From positions 12,573 to 76,572 of the forward strand of contig CAZOGB010000001.1 of NCBI GenBank assembly GCA_964579145.1: a stretch of 64,000 bases of DNA. Direction: 5' to 3'. Under the pieces are notes generated by a model. It was not told the origin of the DNA, made no database searches, and saw nothing but the letters and a program-made list of their open reading frames with translations. The position numbers and the translations under genes are program-made. The DNA is from an uncultured bacterium (GTDB lineage Bacteria > Armatimonadota > HRBIN16). Shown here piece after piece: positions 57,083-64,000 of this stretch (position 1 is its first letter; each line of letters starts with the position of its first letter).

Positions 57083-57343
57083 ATGCCCGAAGAGTCTGCG
57101 GAGGCTATTGCCCGCAAGCTGGCACGCTGGCGCGAGATGCGCAGAGTTATCTCCGCCCGCTTCAATCATGACCTGCGTGCGCCGCTTACCGCTATTGTTG
57201 GCTTTGCCGAGCTGTTAGGCGACGGCGACCTGACCCCTGAACAGCAGAACTACGTTCGGCGAATCCTTGAAGCTGCCGACAAGATTGTGCACATTCTGGA
57301 CGACGTGCAAAGGACGCTGGATGAGGTCGAGCAGGAAGCGTAA
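57083..57343 (+). CDS. Stand-alone HisKA (dimerization/phosphoacceptor) domain protein, 86 aa
   Basis: A GGAGG RBS is present. ISARFNHDLRAPLTAIVGFAELL is a canonical H-box, but no catalytic ATPase domain follows. Confidence 0.55.
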   Translation: MPEESAEAIARKLARWREMRRVISARFNHDLRAPLTAIVGFAELLGDGDLTPEQQNYVRRILEAADKIVHILDDVQRTLDEVEQEA

Positions 57344-57348
57344 ACCAC

Positions 57349-57801
57349 TCAGGTCGCCTCTGCCCGCGAACGGATGCCCTCCAGCACCATCTGCACGTTC
57401 TGCTCCAGCTTCTTGTGGATGAGGTTCTTCACCAGCGTGCCCAGCAGAGGAACGTTGTACTCGTACTCCAGCCGCGAATGGAAACGAGTGCCTCCTTCCT
57501 CGGGGATAAACCGCCATTCTCCCTCCATCTTCTGCAGGTCGCCTTTCAGCAGACGGAAATGGCAGGTATGTGCCGCGTCGTTCCAGATGTCCTCTTCGGT
57601 CCACTTCACGCGCATGTTGTTGAACTCACGCACCAGTCCGGTCCATTCGGTGACTGTGCGGGAACCGTCGTCGCTTCGCTCCAAAACCTTTACCGATTCC
57701 AGGTCCGGCATTACCTCAGGGAACCGCTCCACCTCTCTGGCGATAGCGTATACCTTTTCCACCGGCGCGTTAATCCAGATGCTCAGGTCAATTGTGGGCA
57801 T
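57349..57801 (-). CDS. SRPBCC (START/Bet v1-like, polyketide cyclase/dehydrase) family protein
   Basis: MPTIDLSIWINAPVEKVYAIAREVERFPEVMP is a typical SRPBCC N-terminus. AGGAGG lies 12 nt upstream of the ATG at 57801. Confidence 0.7.
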   Translation of the reverse strand: MPTIDLSIWINAPVEKVYAIAREVERFPEVMPDLESVKVLERSDDGSRTVTEWTGLVREFNNMRVKWTEEDIWNDAAHTCHFRLLKGDLQKMEGEWRFIPEEGGTRFHSRLEYEYNVPLLGTLVKNLIHKKLEQNVQMVLEGIRSRAEAT

Positions 57802-57936
57802 AGTGAACATCAACCTCCTGTTGCGTTTACGATTGTAACACGGATGCGTATAAGTGCGCAACGGGCTGGGCTTGCATCCAATTGTTGACTAAGGGTATAA
57901 TAGTTATCAGGATTAGCCACGCTAAGGAAAAGGAAC

Positions 57937-58890
57937 ATGTGCGCGTGCGTTCACATACCTCAGCCCACCAGCCAAGCGGTTCGGGGAGCCGATCTGGAAA
58001 ACCTGATTGGCAACACCCCGCTGATTCGCCTGCGCCGGGTGGTACGCAACCTGTCGCCCGCAGTGCAGGTGTACGTGAAGGCGGAGTGGTTCAATCCGGG
58101 CGGCTCGGTGAAGGACCGTCCGGCGTGGAACATGATCCGCGTCGCGGAGCAGGACGGACGGTTGACGCCGGACAAAATTATCATTGATGCCACCTCGGGC
58201 AACACGGGTATCGCCTACGCTATGATTGGCGCCGCACGGGGATACCGGGTGCAGCTATGCCTGCCCGCCAACGCCAACCCGGAGCGCAAACGCATGTTAC
58301 GCGCCTTTGGGGCGGATCTGACCCTCACCGACCCGCGCGAACAGACTGACGGCGCCATCCGCCGGGTGCAAGAGATTGTGGAGGCAGACCCGGAGCGCTA
58401 CTTCTACCCGGACCAATACAACAACCCCGCGAACTGGCAGGCGCATTACAACGGCACGGGCGTGGAAATCTGGCATCAGACGCAGGGAGAGGTCACGCAC
58501 TTCGTGGCGGGCATGGGCACGACCGGCACGCTGATGGGCACAGGCAGGCGACTGAAGGAGTACAATCCGCGTGTGCGCCTTGTCGCCGTGCAACCGGACG
58601 GACCCTTCCACGGCCTGGAGGGGCTGAAGCATCTGGAAACGGCGCTGGTGCCCGGCATTTACGACCCTACTGTGCCCGATGAGCAAGTGGAGGTAAGCAC
58701 GGAATCCGCGCACACGATGGCTCGTCTGCTGGCTCGCGAGGAGGGGCTGTTCGTGGGCATCTCCGCAGCGGGGGCGATACACTGTGCCCTGCGGGTGGCG
58801 GAACGACTGTCGCGTGGGGTGGTGGTGGCGCTGGCGCCCGATGGGGGCAGTCGCTACATCACCGACCCGCTGTGGGAGGAGGAAGGGTGA
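57937..58890 (+). CDS. cysM: Cysteine synthase (CysM/CysK family, PLP-dependent)
   Basis: GNTPLIRL, the PLP lysine region GGSVKDRPA, and ATSGNTGIAYAMIGAARGY are present. The start may be downstream of 57937. Confidence 0.85.
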   Translation: MCACVHIPQPTSQAVRGADLENLIGNTPLIRLRRVVRNLSPAVQVYVKAEWFNPGGSVKDRPAWNMIRVAEQDGRLTPDKIIIDATSGNTGIAYAMIGAARGYRVQLCLPANANPERKRMLRAFGADLTLTDPREQTDGAIRRVQEIVEADPERYFYPDQYNNPANWQAHYNGTGVEIWHQTQGEVTHFVAGMGTTGTLMGTGRRLKEYNPRVRLVAVQPDGPFHGLEGLKHLETALVPGIYDPTVPDEQVEVSTESAHTMARLLAREEGLFVGISAAGAIHCALRVAERLSRGVVVALAPDGGSRYITDPLWEEEG

Positions 58891-59318
58891 TGCTGTCGCT
58901 ATCGCCGGAACAGGCGCAGGCAATCCGTCTGCACGCCAAACAGGAATATCCGCACGAGTGTTGCGGGGCGTTGCTGGGACAGGTGATGGGCAACGACGTG
59001 CGCTGGGTGGAAGAGGTAGTACCCGTTAACAACGAGCAGGTGGAAAACCGGGAGCGTCGCTTCCTGATTACGCCCGAGCAGATGATGGCGCTGGAGCGTC
59101 GGGCGCGCGAGAAGGGACTGAAAGTGCTGGGGTTCTACCACTCACACCCCGACCATCCTGCCCGCCCCAGCGAGTACGACCGCGAGCAGGCTCTGCCGTG
59201 GTATTCCTATCTGATCCTCTCAGTGCAGAAAGGCAAACCTGCGGAGATGCATTGCTGGCGTCTGCTGGACGACCGCAGCGATTTCGAACGAGAACAGATG
59301 CAGATTCGAGGCATGTGA
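58872..59318 (+). CDS. JAMM/MPN+ metalloprotease (Mec+-like)
   Basis: EYPHECCGALLG (Glu) and HSHPDHPARPSEYD (HxHx7Sx2D) form the complete JAMM motif. Confidence 0.8.
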   Translation: MGGGRVMLSLSPEQAQAIRLHAKQEYPHECCGALLGQVMGNDVRWVEEVVPVNNEQVENRERRFLITPEQMMALERRAREKGLKVLGFYHSHPDHPARPSEYDREQALPWYSYLILSVQKGKPAEMHCWRLLDDRSDFEREQMQIRGM

Positions 59319-59330
59319 GGTGAACACAAT

Positions 59331-60776
59331 ATGGCGATAACCATTTTGATACCGAGTGCCCTGCAGAACTACGCGGGCAACCAGAGCGAGATACAGGTTT
59401 CGGCGGGCACGGTAGGCGAAGCCCTGCAGGCTCTAGTGGAGGCTTATCCCGACCTGCGCAGGCATCTGTATAACGAACAGGGCAAACTGCGCAGCTTCGT
59501 GAACGTCTATCTGGGCGACGAGGACACGCGCTATCTGCAGGGCCTGGATACGCCGGTCAAAGAGGGGGACACGCTGATGATTGTGCCGTCCATCGCGGGG
59601 GGCGCACCCTCGGCGACAGAGTTGAGCACGGACGTCGCCCTGAGCAACGAGGAGATCCTGCGCTACAGCCGACATCTCATCCTGCCCGACGTGGCGATGG
59701 AGGGGCAGTTGAAGCTGAAGTCGGCGAAGGTGCTTTGCGTGGGCGCGGGAGGACTGGGGGCGCCACTGGCGCTCTATCTGGCGGCGGCAGGCGTGGGCAC
59801 TATCGGGCTGGTGGACTTCGACGTGGTGGATTTCACCAACCTTCAGCGGCAGGTGCTGTATACCACGGAGGACGTCGGTCGCCCCAAATTGCAGGTCGCG
59901 AAAGAGCGTTTGCAGGCGATGAACCCCAATATTGAGGTGCGCACCTACGAGACGCGCCTCACCCGCGAGAACGCCTTAGAGATTTTCGCCGATTACGACA
60001 TCATTGTGGACGGCACGGATAATTTCGCCACGCGCTATCTGGTGAACGACGCCTGTGTGCTTCTGGGCAAGCCCAACGTGTACGGCTCTATCTTTCGCTT
60101 CGAGGGGCAGGCGTCGGTGTTCTGGGCGAAGGAGGGACCGTGCTACCGCTGTCTGTATCCCGAGCCGCCGCCGCCCGGTCTGGTGCCAAGCTGTGCCGAG
60201 GGAGGGGTGCTGGGCGTTCTGCCCGGCGTCATCGGCACGATTCAGGCGATGGAGACGATAAAGCTCATCCTGGGCAAGGGCGAGCCGCTGATGGGGCGAC
60301 TTCTGCTGTTCAACGCGCTGAAGATGCAGTTTCGCGAGCTGAAACTGCGCAAGAATCCGAATTGCCCCGTGTGCGGGGAGAAACCCATCATCCGCGAGCT
60401 GATCGATTACGAGGAGTTCTGCGGCGTGCGCGGCGTAGAGGAGACGCCCGCGGAAGTGGTGGAGGAGATAACGCCCACCGAGCTGAAGCGCAGGCTGGAT
60501 GCGGGCGAAGACATCTTCCTGCTGGACGTGCGCGAGCCGGTGGAATGGCAAATATGCCGGCTGGAAGGCGCAACGCTGATACCCATGAACAGCGTGCCCG
60601 CGCGGATGCACGAGCTGGACTCGGCAAAGGAGATGGTGGTTTACTGCCGGTCGGGCAAGCGCAGTGCACAGATTGTGGCGTTCCTGAAGGCGGCGGGTTT
60701 TCGCAAGGTGAAGAACCTTCAGGGCGGCATCCTGCAGTGGTCGGACGAGGTGGACCCCACCGTGCCGAAGTATTGA
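59331..60776 (+). CDS. Fusion protein: ThiS/MoaD/CysO-like ubiquitin-fold sulfur carrier (internal Gly-Gly) + MoeB/ThiF E1-like adenylyltransferase + C-terminal rhodanese
   Basis: Residues 1-~92 form a beta-grasp module ending ...MIVPSIAGG. An E1 domain follows (KVLCVGAGGLGAPLALYLAAAGVGTIGLVDFDVVDFTNLQRQ, CxxC...CxxC). A rhodanese domain follows (VVYCRSGKRS). Confidence 0.85.
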   Translation: MAITILIPSALQNYAGNQSEIQVSAGTVGEALQALVEAYPDLRRHLYNEQGKLRSFVNVYLGDEDTRYLQGLDTPVKEGDTLMIVPSIAGGAPSATELSTDVALSNEEILRYSRHLILPDVAMEGQLKLKSAKVLCVGAGGLGAPLALYLAAAGVGTIGLVDFDVVDFTNLQRQVLYTTEDVGRPKLQVAKERLQAMNPNIEVRTYETRLTRENALEIFADYDIIVDGTDNFATRYLVNDACVLLGKPNVYGSIFRFEGQASVFWAKEGPCYRCLYPEPPPPGLVPSCAEGGVLGVLPGVIGTIQAMETIKLILGKGEPLMGRLLLFNALKMQFRELKLRKNPNCPVCGEKPIIRELIDYEEFCGVRGVEETPAEVVEEITPTELKRRLDAGEDIFLLDVREPVEWQICRLEGATLIPMNSVPARMHELDSAKEMVVYCRSGKRSAQIVAFLKAAGFRKVKNLQGGILQWSDEVDPTVPKY

Positions 60777-60799
60777 TCCTTCTGGAGGGCGAACCGTCT

Positions 60800-60955
60800 G
60801 GTGAGCCGACCCCTCTCTCCACCTCTCCCTGACGCGGTACAGCCCCACCTAGCCTCCCCGCAGGCGGGGAGGGAAACCCCTCTCCCGACCTCTCCCCGAC
60901 GCGGGGAGAGGGGAATCTCCCCTTCCCTCGCAGGGAAGGGGCTGGGGGTTAGGCT
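60800..60955 (+). repeat. GC-rich palindromic intergenic repeats (CCTCTCC/GGAGAGG family), copy 2 with extra partial copies
   Basis: The hairpins cctccccgc-agg-cggggagg and cctctcccc-gacgc-ggggagagg are followed by ggaatctcccc...ctcgcagggaaggggctggggg. It aligns with 54160-54245. Confidence 0.5.
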
Positions 60956-61002
60956 AGGTTGACAACGGCTCGGCGGGAGCCTCGCCCTCCAGAGACGGTG
61001 TT

Positions 61003-62874
61003 CTACTCTTTGGCAGGCTGTTCGGGCTGGGAAGCGGTCTCCTTCTGTGCGGAGGCGATCACCTGCTCCACCAGGCTGTTTACCTGCTGGGCGACCTCGG
61101 GCGAAACCGCTTTGCCGGTCAGGCTCTGCACCAGTGAAAGCACCTGATTCGCCAGCTGGGGAACCACGCTTCCGTCGCCGCCCAGCGGCGAGCCTTTCAT
61201 CAGCCCGTCCACGAACGCGCCGACGCCCATGCCCTTGAAGTACTGCTGTACCATGTTCGCCATCATGCCCGGATCACCGAAGATGACGAACTGCCCGTTG
61301 CTCATGAAGCGCCCGATGGCTTCGGCGACCGCCTTCTGGATGTCGCGGCTGGCTTCTATCTGCAGTTTGGTGAGTTCGAAGCGCAGTGCCGCATCGCTGA
61401 AGGTCTGCTTGTTCTCCAGCGCCTGGCGTTCTACCTCTACCTGCGCCTTCTGCACCTCCACCTGCTCGCGGGCGATGTTCACGTCCACCATCTTCAACGC
61501 CTGTTCGCCCTGGGCGACCAGCTCTTTGGCGCGGGCTTCGGCATCCGCTTTGCGCAGGATGGCTTGTGCCTCCAGCTCGGCGGCTTTCTGCTGTGCCTCG
61601 GCGCGCTTGACCTCGGCGTACGCCTGCACCTCCGCTTCTACCTGCCGCTTCAGCCGCTCCTGTTCGATCTGCTGTTTGGCAGCGATGAGCTTGGTCTGCG
61701 CCTCGCGGTCGGCCTGCGCGGTCACCTGCACGGTGATGATGTCCTGATTGGCGCGTTCACGCTCCGCCTGTGCACGCAACGCCTCCTGCTCCGCCTCGGC
61801 GCGCTGTTTCTCTTTGGTGGCGATGGCAATCTGCTTCTCGCGCTCCGCCACCTCTATCGCCTTCAGCCGCTCGATGTCGGTCTGCTTCAGCTCCTGGTCC
61901 TTCAACACCAGCGCCTTGTCGCGCTCGATGGCGGTGGTCTGTACGGCGAGGTCGCGCTGGATCTCCGCCTCTTTGACCTGTCGCTCCTGCTCTATCTGGT
62001 AGGTCTGCGCTTCGCGCTGTTTCTCGGCGCGGATTTTGGCGACCTGTGTTGCCTGCTCGGCTTCAGCCTCTGCCTGCTGGCGTTCCAGCTCCAGCACCTC
62101 TTTGCGCGTCTGCACGTTCTTCAGCGTCATCTCGCGCTGGGCATCGCGTTCGATGCGGTTGCGTTCCACCAGCGCCGCCTGAGTAATCTCGGTGATTTTC
62201 TTCTTGCCCTGCGCGTCGAAGATGTTGTGGTCCGATAGCAGTTCCTGCGAGGTCTGGTCCAGGCGAGAGATAGTGACCGACTCCAGCGTCAACCCGTTCT
62301 GCTGGAGGTCCGCCATCACCAGATTATGCACCGCGCTGGCGAAGGCGTCACGCTGGGCGTGGATTTCCACCAGGTCCTTGGTGGCGGCGACACTTCGAAG
62401 CGCAGAGACCAGCTTCTCGAAGACCAGCGCAGACACCGAGTGCGCGTCCACCGACTTTTCGCCCAGCGAACGTGCCGCGTTGAGCACGTCTTCCTTCAGG
62501 GCGCGCACCTTGATGTAGAACTCAGCCTTGACGTCCACGCGCAGGTTGTCGCGGGTGATCAGCGCGTCGGGCCCCTTGCGTTCCACCTCCAGCTTCATGG
62601 TCTCCAGAGAGACCGGCACGATTTTGTGCACCACCGGGAAGACCAGAGAGCCTCCGTCGATGAGCACGTGTGTGCCTCCCCAGCCGGTGCGCACGTACGC
62701 CAGGTTCGCCGAGGGCTTGAGGTAGAACCGCTTGATAGCCAGCGCGAGCGCGGAGAAGAACATCACTACCACGCCCACGATGGACGAAACCAGCGTCTGT
62801 GTCCACTCCCAACCCAGATAGAACGGGGCGAAGATGAGCAATGCCCCAATCAACACAAACAGCAACGCTGTCAT
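61003..62874 (-). CDS. Flotillin-like SPFH/band-7 protein (YqiK-like)
   Basis: An N-terminal TM segment and an SPFH domain are present. A long A/E/Q-rich coiled coil (EAEAEQATQVAKIRAEKQREAQ...) runs across 623 aa. Confidence 0.85.
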   Translation of the reverse strand: MTALLFVLIGALLIFAPFYLGWEWTQTLVSSIVGVVVMFFSALALAIKRFYLKPSANLAYVRTGWGGTHVLIDGGSLVFPVVHKIVPVSLETMKLEVERKGPDALITRDNLRVDVKAEFYIKVRALKEDVLNAARSLGEKSVDAHSVSALVFEKLVSALRSVAATKDLVEIHAQRDAFASAVHNLVMADLQQNGLTLESVTISRLDQTSQELLSDHNIFDAQGKKKITEITQAALVERNRIERDAQREMTLKNVQTRKEVLELERQQAEAEAEQATQVAKIRAEKQREAQTYQIEQERQVKEAEIQRDLAVQTTAIERDKALVLKDQELKQTDIERLKAIEVAEREKQIAIATKEKQRAEAEQEALRAQAERERANQDIITVQVTAQADREAQTKLIAAKQQIEQERLKRQVEAEVQAYAEVKRAEAQQKAAELEAQAILRKADAEARAKELVAQGEQALKMVDVNIAREQVEVQKAQVEVERQALENKQTFSDAALRFELTKLQIEASRDIQKAVAEAIGRFMSNGQFVIFGDPGMMANMVQQYFKGMGVGAFVDGLMKGSPLGGDGSVVPQLANQVLSLVQSLTGKAVSPEVAQQVNSLVEQVIASAQKETASQPEQPAKE

Positions 62875-63731
62875 ATCTGCACCTCCCGACCGATGATGTT
62901 ATCTGCAAACGGGTTCTCCTCCACGAGGTATCTCCCCGTTTCGACCTCGTAGTCCGTGACCACGATGGGCGTGCCTATCGCGATAGGGGCACTTCCTTCG
63001 CGTGCATGGCAGGTGATGCGATGCACCGTGCCTACCGGGTCATACACGTCCGCTACGCCACCCCTCTCGTCGATGGTGAAGACCGCCACTCCCGTTGCGC
63101 CGATGAGCCGCTCGCGCGATGTGCCGGGAACCTGTCCCATTTGCAGGTATCGTGCTACCACTCCCGAGATACTGCGTGCGATCAACGAAGTGCCCACCAG
63201 GCTGATGCCTGCACTGATCCATGCGTAAATCGCCGGGAAGCGCAAAACGGGATGCAGTGCCTGGTTGCTTACCAGCCCCAGCACCCCCCACAGCATCATG
63301 CAGAACGGCAGCATCACCGAGATGGGCACGCCCCTCCCGATGCCGAACGCCTCGAGGATTTGCGTTATCACCGATTCGTGGTGATTGTGGTTGCCATGCG
63401 CGCCTTCGTGGGCATGTTCGGCGTGTACGTCGTGCGATACCTCGCCGTGGTCAACCTCTGCGGGCACGTGCTCCGCCATCTCACCGTGCTCGGCGTGGAG
63501 GTCTACTGCGTGGTCAGTATCGCCATGTATGTCGGCGGCGTGCTCTATGTCGCCGTGTGTTCCTTCTGCCTCTGCACCGTGACCCGCCTCGCCGTGCCCT
63601 TCCGCCTGATGTTCTGCAGACACGAAGCCCAGTGCGGTGATGATAGAGAAGAGTGCTCCCACCAGCAGCGGCAGGGCGAATAGAAGGTTCCACCATTGAA
63701 GCAGATTTTGCAGGTTGCTCAAGGCTCTCAC
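62871..63731 (-). CDS. NfeD/YqiJ-like membrane protein with His/Asp/Glu-rich insertion
   Basis: There is a 4-nt overlap with the flotillin gene, the typical yqiJ-yqiK arrangement. TM helices and a C-terminal NfeD beta-barrel (GTPIVVTDYEVETGRYLVEE) are present. An ~80-aa insert carries about 18 His (HGEAGHGAEAEGTHGDIEHAADIHGDTDH...HGNHNHH). Confidence 0.75.
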   Translation of the reverse strand: MRALSNLQNLLQWWNLLFALPLLVGALFSIITALGFVSAEHQAEGHGEAGHGAEAEGTHGDIEHAADIHGDTDHAVDLHAEHGEMAEHVPAEVDHGEVSHDVHAEHAHEGAHGNHNHHESVITQILEAFGIGRGVPISVMLPFCMMLWGVLGLVSNQALHPVLRFPAIYAWISAGISLVGTSLIARSISGVVARYLQMGQVPGTSRERLIGATGVAVFTIDERGGVADVYDPVGTVHRITCHAREGSAPIAIGTPIVVTDYEVETGRYLVEENPFADNIIGREVQI

Positions 63732-63941
63732 CTGCCTTTCGTTACTGTTGACACGGAATGAACCGAAAAAGTTGCGATGCTCCTGAGCGCTTCTATCTTA
63801 GCAGGAGGGGCGATCCAAATCAATTTTTTCTTGTGCTCCCCTTGCATCTTGCAAAAATCTGTGGTATATTATAAGTGAACTTGAGCAGAGGACACTCAAA
63901 TAAATTGCCTGATATACACATAAGTAAAGGAGGTGATGAGT

Positions 63942-64000
63942 ATGGCACGCCGTGAACTGACGCTCGCTCGCCGTGAGACCGATGGTGGCATCCGCCGCTG
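63942..64000 (+). CDS. 5' end of an unidentified gene (MARRELTLARRETDGGIRR...)
   Basis: AAGGAGG lies 10 nt upstream of the ATG. The gene runs off the window. Confidence 0.3.
   Translation, partial: MARRELTLARRETDGGIRR

Noticed and set aside
59331-60776. Reading the CysO-E1-rhodanese fusion as evidence of a ubiquitin-like conjugation (defense) system
   Set aside because: Co-location with cysteine synthase and a rhodanese domain fits sulfur-carrier metabolism (CysO/MoeZ-type). No E2-like or target-recognition components are present.

Overview
This is a high-GC (about 60-65%) bacterial chromosomal window that is densely coding on both strands. Most of it is housekeeping. A purE-selD pair sits at the start, and selD carries an in-frame UGA (Sec) codon. 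An aromatic amino-acid operon follows on the minus strand: DAHP synthase, tyrA, aroA, cmk and plsC, with overlapping stop/start codons. Further genes include argC, korAB (2-oxoacid:ferredoxin oxidoreductase), an ABC exporter, nadK-recN, tagA-greA-ugd, tgt, recF with a DUF721 gene, and lpxK. A CysM / JAMM / sulfur-carrier-E1-rhodanese fusion cluster and an NfeD-flotillin pair lie near the 3' end.

Accessory content:
- Many secreted carbohydrate-active or cell-surface proteins: GH116, a DUF4838-like protein, a beta-helix protein, GH31, and a CBM9-like protein.
- Two prepilin-type DUF1559 paralogs. These suggest an Armatimonadota/Planctomycetota-like lineage, but this is inference only.
- Two secreted proteins that share a dockerin-like C-terminal module. 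At nucleotide level these modules form a ~200 bp inverted repeat flanking a ~5 kb segment.
- A ~2 kb low-GC island (about 13.9-15.8 kb) encoding a translationally coupled HTH-ImmA/IrrE metallopeptidase plus a DUF4411 (PIN-like) protein. This is a candidate toxin-antitoxin or defense module and the best candidate here for an under-characterised system.
- A BlaI/CopY-M56-CopZ-like cluster.
- An intergenic tandem structured repeat at about 40.65-40.92 kb.
- A GC-rich palindromic repeat family present at two loci (about 54.16 kb and about 60.8 kb).

No rRNA, tRNA, CRISPR array, transposase or integrase was recognised.
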